This document shows, piece after piece, positions 43,902 to 52,301 of a stretch of 54,807 nt of DNA. Made by a program: the position numbers and the translations under genes. Every line of letters starts with the position of its first letter. The first letter of the stretch is position 1. This stretch comes from Chloroflexota bacterium. GTDB taxonomy: Bacteria; Chloroflexota; Dehalococcoidia; Lucifugimonadales; VGZR01. The stretch covers positions 1 to 54,807 of the forward strand of contig JAQBWG010000001.1 in assembly GCA_027625225.1 (NCBI GenBank), in the 5' to 3' direction. Under the pieces are notes generated by a model. The model was not told the origin of the DNA. It was given only the letters and a program-made list of their open reading frames with translations, and ran no database searches.

Positions 43902-44822
43902 ATGGGCAACGATAAAGATTTACTTTCCATCGCAAATCTTACGTCCGAGCAAGTCCGGCAACTCGTCGAAGACGGAGTGCAGATAAAGCAGGAGAGGTCT
44001 TCGCGCGTTCTGGACGGTAAAATCATCGCGCTGCTGTTCGAGAAGCCGTCGCTGCGTACGAAGTCCAGCTTCGAAGTGGGCATCCGGCAACTTGGTGGAC
44101 AGGCGGTGTACTTCGGCAGGGACGAGGTAGGCCTGGGCGTACGGGAATCGGTGGCGGACGTGACGCGGGTGCTGGAGCGGATGTTCGACGGCATCGTGGC
44201 GCGAGTTTTCGACCATGCCAAACTGGAAGAGATGGCGAAGTATGCCCGGATTCCGGTGGTAAATGCGTTGTCGGACGCGGAGCACCCGTGTCAGGCGCTC
44301 GCCGACCTGGTGACGCTGCAGGAAAATTTCGGCGAACTGGGAGGGAAACGGGTGGTGTTCGTGGGGGATGGGAACAATATCGCTGTAAGCCTCGGGTTCG
44401 CCTGTGCTTCGGTGGGAACGGACTATGTGGTGGCGTCGCCGCCCGGATATCGAATTCCGGACGGGGTATGGAAAAAGATGTCCCAACGTGCGCAGTCCAG
44501 TGGCTCCCGCATGGAGTGGGTAGAGCGCCCTCAGGATGCCGTAAGGGATGCCGACTGTGTGTACACTGATGTATGGACATCCATGGGTCAGGAGGCGGAG
44601 CAGGCAAAGCGGTTAAAGGCTTTCGGGGGATATCAGGTTAATCCCGAACTGATGAAGCTAGCGAAGCCCAATGCCGTATTCATGCACGATATGCCTGCTC
44701 ACGAGGGGGAGGAGATATCGAAGGGGATGCTGGATCATCCTCAATCGGTGGCCTTCGACCAGGCGGAGAACCGGCTCCACGCCCAGAAGGCCGTGCTGGC
44801 CTGGCTGTATTCGAACGATTAA
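43902..44822 (+). CDS. argF: ornithine carbamoyltransferase
   Basis: Carbamoyl-phosphate motif (FEKPSLRTKSSFE, an S.RT. variant), HPCQALADL, DVWTSMG, HDMPAHEGEE (HCLP-region variant). Assignment as OTCase rather than a related transcarbamylase is from overall similarity. Confidence 0.85.
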   Translation: MGNDKDLLSIANLTSEQVRQLVEDGVQIKQERSSRVLDGKIIALLFEKPSLRTKSSFEVGIRQLGGQAVYFGRDEVGLGVRESVADVTRVLERMFDGIVARVFDHAKLEEMAKYARIPVVNALSDAEHPCQALADLVTLQENFGELGGKRVVFVGDGNNIAVSLGFACASVGTDYVVASPPGYRIPDGVWKKMSQRAQSSGSRMEWVERPQDAVRDADCVYTDVWTSMGQEAEQAKRLKAFGGYQVNPELMKLAKPNAVFMHDMPAHEGEEISKGMLDHPQSVAFDQAENRLHAQKAVLAWLYSND

Positions 44823-44854
44823 TCTTGCGTTAACTATTAACTCACGGAGTATAT

Positions 44855-46180
44855 GTGCCAAAGCCTATCGTCGCTTTTGTCGGACGCCCTAACGTAGGGA
44901 AGTCCACCCTCTTCAACCGCCTTGTAGGGCGGATGGAGTCCATCGTCTCCGACCTACCCGGTACCACCCGCGACCGGGTGATGGGTAGCACGACGTGGGC
45001 GAATCGGGAGCTGCTACTGGTGGATACAGGCGGTATCGAGACCGACCCCGAAGCACCGTTAATCGCTCAGATAAAGTACCAGGCCCAAACGGCGGTGGAG
45101 GACGCGGACGTCATCGTGATGGTGGTGGATGCCAATGACGGGGTTACATCGGGAGATTTAGAGGTCGCCGACCTATTGCGCCGCGCGGATCGTCCGGTGG
45201 TGCTTGCCGCGAACAAGGCAGACAACCCGTCGAGAGAATCTCTGGCGGTGGAGTTTTACGAACTCGGGTTAAGCGAACCGATTCCCATCAGCGCGTATCA
45301 CAACATCGGCGTGGACGACCTGGTGTCCGCAGTGATTGCTTTGTTACCTTCCGAGGAGGTGTTCGGCGACGACGAATCCGACGTGAAGCTGGCCATAGTC
45401 GGCCGCACGAACGTGGGGAAGTCCCAGCTTATTAACGCCATCGCGAACGAGGAACGGGCTATCGTGAGCGATATCGCGGGCACCACCCGCGATACGCTGG
45501 ATACGCTGGTTACCCACAACGACAAACGCATCCTTGTCCTGGATACTGCGGGCATCCGCCGAAGAGGGGCGATTCAACAGGGCATCGAGAAGTTCAGCGT
45601 GCTGCGCTCAGTCCGAGCTATCGAACGGGCGGAGGTGGCGGTGGTGATGATGGATGCCACGGAGGTGGCGACGGCCCAGGATACGCACGTGGCGGGGTTC
45701 GTCACCGGCGCGTATCGCGGTGTGGTACTGGGGGTGAACAAGTGGGATCTGGCGGAGGAGCGGGGCATCACTAGAGACAACATCGAACGGCACGTGAAGA
45801 ACAAGTTCAAGTTCACTCCCTACGCGCCGGTGTGCTTTCTATCGGCGCTTAAAGGCACGGGCGTTAAGGAGTTGCTGGACAAAGTATGCCACGTCAGAGA
45901 TGAGTGGGTGAAGACTGTCCCCCGCTATGCGATGCAGCGAGCGGTTCTGGAGGCGGTGGCCGAGAACCCACCCCCGGCATCGGGACGCGGCGGTGGGTTG
46001 AAGATTTACGGGATTGACCAGAGCGACTCCGGGCCGCCCACATTTACCTTTTATCTCAACAAACCCGAGCTGTTACACTTTAGTTACGCTCGCTATCTGG
46101 AAAACGCCATCAGGCGTACGTACGGGTACGAGGGCACTCCGATACGATTCCGACTCAAAGGTAGAGGGACCAAGCGTTGA
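44855..46180 (+). CDS. der: ribosome-biogenesis GTPase Der (EngA)
   Basis: Two tandem G domains (GRPNVGKST, GRTNVGKSQ) plus a KH-like C-terminus. GTG start. Confidence 0.95.
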   Translation: MPKPIVAFVGRPNVGKSTLFNRLVGRMESIVSDLPGTTRDRVMGSTTWANRELLLVDTGGIETDPEAPLIAQIKYQAQTAVEDADVIVMVVDANDGVTSGDLEVADLLRRADRPVVLAANKADNPSRESLAVEFYELGLSEPIPISAYHNIGVDDLVSAVIALLPSEEVFGDDESDVKLAIVGRTNVGKSQLINAIANEERAIVSDIAGTTRDTLDTLVTHNDKRILVLDTAGIRRRGAIQQGIEKFSVLRSVRAIERAEVAVVMMDATEVATAQDTHVAGFVTGAYRGVVLGVNKWDLAEERGITRDNIERHVKNKFKFTPYAPVCFLSALKGTGVKELLDKVCHVRDEWVKTVPRYAMQRAVLEAVAENPPPASGRGGGLKIYGIDQSDSGPPTFTFYLNKPELLHFSYARYLENAIRRTYGYEGTPIRFRLKGRGTKR

Positions 46181-46803
46181 TTGACTATTTTATCTTCGTG
46201 CCAATCGGCTACCTGATTGGCTCGATACCCTTCGGGTATGTTGTAGTCCGTTTTGTGCTCCGCAAGGATGTGCGCCAGATAGGCAGCGGGAAAACAGGTA
46301 TGACCAACGTGATCCGCGCGGCGGGAACAAAGGTCGGGATACTGGTGCTGCTACTGGATATGGCAAAGTCTGTGGTGGCCATCGCGTTGCCCATCGCGTT
46401 TGTAGACACGCCCGGAGCAGACGTGGGCGCGGGGTTGGCTGCACTGATAGGTCACATTTGGCCGTTGTACATCGGGTTCAAGGGAGGAAGCGGGGTTGCG
46501 CCAGGATGGGGCGGCCTGTTCATGCTGTGGTGGCTGCCCGGACTTATCGGCACGGCAATCGGAATTCCTCTGGTCTACCTTACCCGCCACGTTTCGGTGG
46601 GTTCGCTGGTGGGGGCAACGTCCGGGGCGCTTTCCATCATCGTGTTCGCGGCGCTGGGGTACGTACCCACCGAGTATATGTGGTACGGCATCATAGGGGC
46701 ACCGCTTATCGTGCTGAGGCACCGTGGAAACATAAGCAGGTTACTGCGGGGCGAAGAGCGTAAGATTAGCGGACGCACGGAACAGCAGACGACGAAGCAG
46801 TAA
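46177..46803 (+). CDS. plsY: glycerol-3-phosphate acyltransferase PlsY
   Basis: GYLIGSIPFGY..., GSGKTGMTNV, GFKGGSGVA motifs. The TTG start overlaps the der stop (TTGA). Confidence 0.9.
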   Translation: MIDYFIFVPIGYLIGSIPFGYVVVRFVLRKDVRQIGSGKTGMTNVIRAAGTKVGILVLLLDMAKSVVAIALPIAFVDTPGADVGAGLAALIGHIWPLYIGFKGGSGVAPGWGGLFMLWWLPGLIGTAIGIPLVYLTRHVSVGSLVGATSGALSIIVFAALGYVPTEYMWYGIIGAPLIVLRHRGNISRLLRGEERKISGRTEQQTTKQ

Positions 46804-46826
46804 TTTTCGGAGGCGATAGGGCAGAT

Positions 46827-47852
46827 ATGAGCCACGCCACCATCGTTGGGACAGGAAGCTGGGGTACGACCCTAGCCATACTTGTCGCCCGCAAGCATCT
46901 TGAGGCTACGCTCTTAACGCGTGCCGAGCCGGAGGCGACGACACTACAGGCCGAAAGGCAAAACAGCCGGTTCGTACCAGGCTTTCCGTTTCCCAACACT
47001 CTCACCGTAAGCGCATCTACCTCCGAATCCCTGGCGAATGCCCGTGTGGTCATTCTGGTCGTTCCGGCGCAGCGTCTTCGTGAGAACTGCCGCTGGCTCG
47101 TTCCCCACCTAGCGCCCGATTCGATAGTGGTAAGCGCAACAAAGGGGCTTGAACTGGACACCGGGAAGTGCATGAGCGAAGTTTTGCGGGAGGAGTTGCC
47201 AGAACGGTTCCATAACTCCATATGTGTGCTTTCCGGCCCGAATCTGGCGATGGAAATCCTCCAAGATAAGCCCTCTTCGAGTGTTGTGGCTTCTTCGAAT
47301 AAACAGGCGGCACGCGAGGTGCAGGATTTGCTCACCCAGCCCAAGTTCCGGGTGTATACGAGCGAGGATGTGACCGGAGTGGAGTTCGGCGGCGCACTGA
47401 AGAACATCGTGGCGATAGGCGCGGGTGTGTGCGACGGACTGGGGCTGGGCAATAACACGAAGGCCGCGTTTTTGACGCGGGGGCTGGCCGAGATTACCCG
47501 GCTTGCGGTGGCCGCGGGAGGTCACCCGCAGACGCTTGCGGGACTGGCGGGCATGGGAGACTTGATAGCGACATCGTACAGCGGGCTGAGCCGCAATCAT
47601 CATGTGGGCGAACAGCTCGCGCAGGGAAAGTCTCTGGCGGATATCCGCTCGGATATGAAGAACGTGGCCGAGGGCATTGACACGGCGGCGGCGACGATGC
47701 GGCTGGCTGAGACGATGGGCGTGGATATGCCGATAACCAGGGCTACGTTCGATGTGATGTTCCGGGGCATGCCGCTGAGGCAGGTGATAAGCGATTTGCT
47801 ACTGCGCGCGCCAGCACCGGAGTGGGACGAACCGACCACCAAAAAGACTTAA
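46827..47852 (+). CDS. gpsA: NAD(P)H-dependent glycerol-3-phosphate dehydrogenase
   Basis: GTGSWGTTLA dinucleotide motif and GALKNIVAIGAG. Part of the conserved der-plsY-gpsA order. Confidence 0.95.
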   Translation: MSHATIVGTGSWGTTLAILVARKHLEATLLTRAEPEATTLQAERQNSRFVPGFPFPNTLTVSASTSESLANARVVILVVPAQRLRENCRWLVPHLAPDSIVVSATKGLELDTGKCMSEVLREELPERFHNSICVLSGPNLAMEILQDKPSSSVVASSNKQAAREVQDLLTQPKFRVYTSEDVTGVEFGGALKNIVAIGAGVCDGLGLGNNTKAAFLTRGLAEITRLAVAAGGHPQTLAGLAGMGDLIATSYSGLSRNHHVGEQLAQGKSLADIRSDMKNVAEGIDTAAATMRLAETMGVDMPITRATFDVMFRGMPLRQVISDLLLRAPAPEWDEPTTKKT

Positions 47853-48751
47853 ATCTTTTTCGCGACCAGTACCACCCAGTCTCCGTCCACTTCGACGTAT
47901 TCCCTCTCGAAACCTGCCGACTTGAGGCTTTCGGCCACTTCGTCCACCCGTTCGTTGAGTATGCCCGATGCCAGTAGCCGTGCGCCCGGCTTTGCGACAG
48001 CGGCGAATTCGTCCACGAGGCTCATAATCACCCTGGCAGAGATGTTGGCGAGGATGAGGTCGAAGGCGGAGTTTTGAGCTGCCGGATGGGGTAAGGTGCC
48101 TTCGATTACTTCCACCACATCTGAAACGTCGTTCAGTATGGCGTTTTGCAAGCCCGTATTGGCGGCTACAGGTTCTATCTCGACCCCCAGCACCTTTTTT
48201 GCGCCCAGATGGGCTGCAGCGACCGAGAGGATAGCTGAGCCGCACCCGACGTCAAGGACTGCCGTGCCGGGTTGTACAAGGCTTTCGAGTTGCTCCAGGC
48301 ACATGCGTGTTGTTGGATGGTGTCCGGTGCCGAATGCCATGCCGGGGTCGAGCCGAATAACGATGTCGGAGTCGCGCGGCTTGTAGTCACGCCAGGTGGG
48401 CACGATGACGGTGCGGCGGCCGATGTGGAGGACGTGGAAGTGTTTCTTCCAGGCCTCTTCCCAGTCCTTCTCTTCTATTTCGCTTTCGCCAAGCGGAGAG
48501 ATGGGGGCAAGCTGGCCTACAAGCATGACTCCGACCTGTATCTGGGCGCGACGGTTGTCGAGGCGGTTGTCCCGGGGCGCGTAGGCACGCACGGTGGCGG
48601 TAGTTTGCGGAGGCGGGAGTTCGCCTTCGTCCGGGTTGTAACCGCCAGCGGTTTCGATAGCTACGCCGCCCTGGCAATAACGGTGGAATATTTCGGATAC
48701 GGGTTCAACGAACTCGGAAGGGACGGTGACGCTGAATTCGACCCACTTCAA
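47849..48751 (-). CDS. prmA: ribosomal protein L11 methyltransferase
   Basis: [15 protein letters not shown] motif. The track start is GTG 48784. TTG 48751 (KWVEFSV...) overlaps the dnaJ TGA (TTGA) and gives the typical PrmA N-terminus. Confidence 0.9.
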   Translation of the reverse strand: MKWVEFSVTVPSEFVEPVSEIFHRYCQGGVAIETAGGYNPDEGELPPPQTTATVRAYAPRDNRLDNRRAQIQVGVMLVGQLAPISPLGESEIEEKDWEEAWKKHFHVLHIGRRTVIVPTWRDYKPRDSDIVIRLDPGMAFGTGHHPTTRMCLEQLESLVQPGTAVLDVGCGSAILSVAAAHLGAKKVLGVEIEPVAANTGLQNAILNDVSDVVEVIEGTLPHPAAQNSAFDLILANISARVIMSLVDEFAAVAKPGARLLASGILNERVDEVAESLKSAGFEREYVEVDGDWVVLVAKKI

Positions 48752-49896
48752 CCGGAGAGCGATTCCTTGAACTTGTCGAACCACCCTTTGTCGCCTTCCG
48801 GGCGATTGGAAGGTTCGTCCAGTGTCTCGCCGAGCTGAGCGAGCAATGTGCGTTGTTTGTCATCGAGGGATTTAGGCGTGACGACGACGATGTCTATCAA
48901 GAAGTCACCCCGCTTCTTTTTGTCGCGAAGGTAGGGAACGCCCTTGTTCTTGATATCGAGGGTTTCGCCAGTTTGGATGCCAGCGGGTATGTCCAGCTTT
49001 TCAAAGCCGTCCAGCGTCGGTATCTCAACCTTGGTTCCAAGCGCAGCCTGGACGACGTTAACCCTATGTGTGTAGACGATTTCGTTACCTTCGCGGGTGA
49101 ATAGGGGGTGCTCTTTGACGTTGACTACTACGTACAGATCGCCGGATCCGCCTCCGAAGTTACCAGCTTCACCCTCTGCGGTGAGGCGCATCTTGGCACG
49201 GTCTTCAATGCCAGCGGGCACGGTTATTGCCAGCTTGCGAGAACGCCTCTCTCTGCCTATACCTTTGCATTGGTTGCATGGGGAGGAAACGATTTTGCCT
49301 TCGCCACCGCAGGCGTTGCAGGCCGCGACCTGCACGAACTGGCCGAACATGCTCGACTGGGAGCGACGAACTTGGCCAGAGCCATTGCAGTTGGCGCAGC
49401 GACTGGATGAGGTTCCGGGTTCGCTTCTGGAGCCCTTGCAGCGCTCACAGGATTCGATGCGGTCTACGGGTATCTCTTTTTCAGCACCGAAGACAGCCTC
49501 TTCAAATTCCAATGTCATCGAGGTCTGTAAATCTGCCCCGCGCGTGGGGGCGTTAGCGGTACGTGCGCCGAAGCCGCCACCGACGCCTGAGCCGAAGAAC
49601 GCTTCGAAGATGTCGCCGAAGCCGCTGAAGGTGTCGAAGCCGCCGAATCCCTGTGCGCCACCGTTGGTGTCTACGCCTGCATGGCCGAAACGGTCGTACG
49701 CTGTGCGTTTGTTGGCGTCGCTGAGAATCTGGTAGGCTTCACTGACTTCTTTGAATTTTTCTGCTGCGCCTTCGGTCTTATTGCGGTCGGGATGGTATTC
49801 GAGCGCCAGTTTACGAAATGCTTTACGAATCTCTTCTTCGTTGGCACTTCGGGAGACGCCGAGGACCTGGTAGTAGTCACGTTTTTTGGTAGTCAT
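48748..49896 (-). CDS. dnaJ: molecular chaperone DnaJ
   Basis: J domain with HPD, a G/F-rich region, and four CxxCxGxG repeats ([32 protein letters not shown]). Confidence 0.95.
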   Translation of the reverse strand: MTTKKRDYYQVLGVSRSANEEEIRKAFRKLALEYHPDRNKTEGAAEKFKEVSEAYQILSDANKRTAYDRFGHAGVDTNGGAQGFGGFDTFSGFGDIFEAFFGSGVGGGFGARTANAPTRGADLQTSMTLEFEEAVFGAEKEIPVDRIESCERCKGSRSEPGTSSSRCANCNGSGQVRRSQSSMFGQFVQVAACNACGGEGKIVSSPCNQCKGIGRERRSRKLAITVPAGIEDRAKMRLTAEGEAGNFGGGSGDLYVVVNVKEHPLFTREGNEIVYTHRVNVVQAALGTKVEIPTLDGFEKLDIPAGIQTGETLDIKNKGVPYLRDKKKRGDFLIDIVVVTPKSLDDKQRTLLAQLGETLDEPSNRPEGDKGWFDKFKESLSG

Positions 49897-50091
49897 GTAT
49901 CAACTTTGCAAAAGTTACTTCAATTATAGGTGTATATCTGAAAGGCCTCAAGGCAAGAAGGCGTATTTTATCGCGCGGATGGGTCGAAGACGCAGGATAT
50001 TGGCCTGCTTAGCCCACGTTTTGCCAACGAGAAGAAGTTTTAAGTCTACCGATAAAGAACACGGTCCCGGTTTAGCAGTTACGGGTTTGGC

Positions 50092-51117
50092 TTATTGCCC
50101 GCGAATACCTTCCGCCATTTCACTCATCACCGTCGTCATGGCACGAACGCCGGCGATGGTTTTTGAGTATTGCATCCGAGTTGGGCCGATTGCGCCTACA
50201 GCGCCGACAACCTCTCCAGGAATGCCATATTGCGCAACCACCACGCTCAACGGCTGCAGAACATTGCCCTTGTTTTCGTGGCCTATGACGACCCTGATGG
50301 TAATACCCTCGGGAACTTCCTCCAGGATTGCCTGTGCAAGAGACCCGTTCTCTACGGCTTCGACAACGGGGCGTACCCGTTCGTTTTCGGTGAACTCGGG
50401 CTGGGTAAGCAGGTTGCGAAGCCCGTCAAGATAGTGGTGACGATATAATCCCGCGTCTTCTTCACTGAGGATATGCTTTGTAGTGTCGAGAAGGCTTTTT
50501 TCGAGGGGAGAAAACTTTTTTGTATCCAATGAGTCCAACTCCCGCTTGGAATGCCCTTTTATTGCGCTCCCGACCTTGTTCGCGGATCGTTCAAGCTCCG
50601 TTAGGTCGGGCGGGGTTTCGAACCGTATCAATTGACGACGAAGCCTGGCATGTTCGAGCACAACGATAAGCAGCCATAAGACATCCTGAAGCTGGACTAC
50701 TTCGATATGCCGAACTCTCGATTCCGTAGCGCGAGGGAAGGTGGCTATTGCCATGTTGCCCACGATACTTGCCAGAGCCGCCGCCGCCACATTGGCCCAT
50801 TCTTCGAGGTCCCGCTGCGCTTCGAGGAGGCGACGTTTGACCTCGGTCTGTACCTGTGCGTCAACTGTCGGCTGGCTTTCCTGCAAGCGTACGACGTACA
50901 ACCTGTAAGCTTTGTCTGTGGGAAGGCTGCCAGCGGATGTATGGGGACGGACGATGTAACCTTGCTCTTCAAGCACCGCAACTTCGTTCCGCACGGTCGC
51001 CGGACTTACGTTCAGTTCGGGACGTCGCGCCAGCACATCAGAGGGCATAGGGGTTGCCGTTCCGATATAGCCTTCTACGATGAAATTAAGAACGCTTTCT
51101 TGCCGTGCCGTTAACAT
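50092..51117 (-). CDS. hrcA: heat-inducible transcription repressor HrcA
   Basis: 341 aa with an N-terminal winged-helix (LTARQESVLNFIVEGYI......S..L.......SPATVRNE...LEE.GY). A CIRCE operator lies upstream. Confidence 0.95.
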   Translation of the reverse strand: MLTARQESVLNFIVEGYIGTATPMPSDVLARRPELNVSPATVRNEVAVLEEQGYIVRPHTSAGSLPTDKAYRLYVVRLQESQPTVDAQVQTEVKRRLLEAQRDLEEWANVAAAALASIVGNMAIATFPRATESRVRHIEVVQLQDVLWLLIVVLEHARLRRQLIRFETPPDLTELERSANKVGSAIKGHSKRELDSLDTKKFSPLEKSLLDTTKHILSEEDAGLYRHHYLDGLRNLLTQPEFTENERVRPVVEAVENGSLAQAILEEVPEGITIRVVIGHENKGNVLQPLSVVVAQYGIPGEVVGAVGAIGPTRMQYSKTIAGVRAMTTVMSEMAEGIRGQ

Positions 51118-51134
51118 AGGCGACCACCCTTCAC

Positions 51135-51152
51135 TAGGATAGCTCTATCCTA
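51135..51152. promoter_or_regulatory. second palindrome in the hrcA 5' leader
   Basis: TAGGATAG-CT-CTATCCTA has perfect 8-bp arms and lies 18-35 nt upstream of the hrcA ATG. Function unknown. Confidence 0.3.
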
Positions 51153-51159
51153 TGTTTGG

Positions 51160-51189
51160 AATTTAGCACTCTCCCTGCGAGAGTGTCAA
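51160..51189 (-). promoter_or_regulatory. sigma-70-type promoter of hrcA (TTGACA-N18-TAAATT)
   Basis: On the minus strand the -35 is TTGACA (51189-51184) and the -10 is TAAATT (51165-51160). CIRCE spans the spacer. Confidence 0.5.
51163..51189 (-). promoter_or_regulatory. CIRCE operator (HrcA binding site)
   Basis: Minus strand reads TTGACACTC-N9-GAGTGCTAA, against the consensus TTAGCACTC-N9-GAGTGCTAA. The right arm is perfect and the left arm has 2 mismatches, which create the -35 box. Confidence 0.8.
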
Positions 51190-51208
51190 GAAAGTTTCTC
51201 CAGAGGAA

Positions 51209-52219
51209 CTATCTTCGGAACTTTCTATACGTTGCGAGCGCTATTACCGGCAACAGCATCACGAGAAAGTTCGTCATACCAGCAGTAATCGGTGCATTTA
51301 CGTCCGGCGCACTACAACTTCCTCCGCTACTCTCTCCTTCTGCGGTCGCGGTTGCGGCTATGCCCGGTGTTGCAGTAGGTTCCGTACCCGTTGAAGTAGC
51401 AGTTGGCGACGCCGCCAATATAGGCGTCGTAGACGGCGATGGTGCCGGAGAGGGCGTTGGGGTGGCCGGCACCGGTGTCGGAGTCGGAAAACCGATGAAA
51501 ACGATTACGAAGTCGCGTTTTATGGAGCCACTTGTATAGACATCCGTAGTCCTCGCAAGTACGCCATTGAGTAGGAATTCGACGGGCTGACCTATCAGAT
51601 TAAAGTCACCCGGGTCCACAACCAATCCAGAATAGTTTATTCCATTGATTGCCGCCGGGGTTGATATGTAGGAACCAACCCGCGCGACCAGTTCTGCGTC
51701 CCTAGGCACACTTCCTCCGGCGATTACTATTTCTCCTGAATACACGGAGGGTAATGCCACTCTCGGCGTCGGGGAAGGAATCGGTGTAACGGTCGGCGTT
51801 GGGCTTGGAGTTGGCGTAGGCACAGGCAAACTAGGAAAGGTCAAATTCAAGTTCGTGTTCACCGCACCGGGCTGGTAGGTAGTCGTCTGAGCTGCCTGTA
51901 TCGTCCCGTCCAGGAAAAACCTGACGACTTCTCCGACTACATTTGTCTCCGATGGGGGCGCAATCAACAGATTGTCATATCGTCCGCCTGAAACAACTAC
52001 AGCCTCAGTCTGATATGTGCTGCCAATACGCGCGACTACAATCAATCCATCGGGTACTGGTTGGCCGCCCGATGTAGCCGTACCACCCAGTATCGCGGGG
52101 AGATTAGGAGGTAGTCCTTGAGCATTCACGCTTCCAAATGAAACCAGAAACCCAACTACGATGATTGCAGCTAAAAGCGACGTTCGATTCTTTCTCACGA
52201 AAAGCATATACCTACCCAT
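51209..52219 (-). CDS. secreted protein with two tandem homologous ~90-aa domains, Pro/Thr linkers and a C-terminal TM + RKFRR sorting-like signal
   Basis: Signal peptide (LLAAIIVVGFLVSFGSVNA|QG). Repeats span residues 41-131 and 156-244. The tail is SSGGSCSAPDVNAPITAGMTNFLVMLLPVIALATYRKFRR. Confidence 0.7.
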   Translation of the reverse strand: MGRYMLFVRKNRTSLLAAIIVVGFLVSFGSVNAQGLPPNLPAILGGTATSGGQPVPDGLIVVARIGSTYQTEAVVVSGGRYDNLLIAPPSETNVVGEVVRFFLDGTIQAAQTTTYQPGAVNTNLNLTFPSLPVPTPTPSPTPTVTPIPSPTPRVALPSVYSGEIVIAGGSVPRDAELVARVGSYISTPAAINGINYSGLVVDPGDFNLIGQPVEFLLNGVLARTTDVYTSGSIKRDFVIVFIGFPTPTPVPATPTPSPAPSPSTTPILAASPTATSTGTEPTATPGIAATATAEGESSGGSCSAPDVNAPITAGMTNFLVMLLPVIALATYRKFRR

Positions 52220-52224
52220 CCCCT

Positions 52225-52268
52225 ATAAAAAAGACCTCCCTCCCATTTTCAGGGAGGGAGGTCTTTTA
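52225..52268 (-). terminator. intrinsic terminator of the giant surface protein gene
   Basis: GACCTCCCTCCC / GGGAGGGAGGTC is a 12-bp stem with a 6-nt loop. On the minus strand it is followed by TTTTTTAT. Starts about 35 nt after the stop. Confidence 0.75.
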
Positions 52269-52301
52269 GTCTAGTCTAAACCTTAGGTTTATACGCTAGG
52301 T

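Noticed and set aside
47841-47860. AAAAAGA-CTTAAA-TCTTTTT palindrome at the convergent gpsA/prmA junction as a bidirectional terminator.
   Set aside because: The stem is entirely A/T, 7 bp long, and overlaps both stop codons. It is too weak to call.
49897-50091. Search for a second CIRCE element upstream of dnaJ.
   Set aside because: Nothing matches TTAGCACTC-N9-GAGTGCTAA at better than half-site level (TTAGCAG... only), so none is reported.
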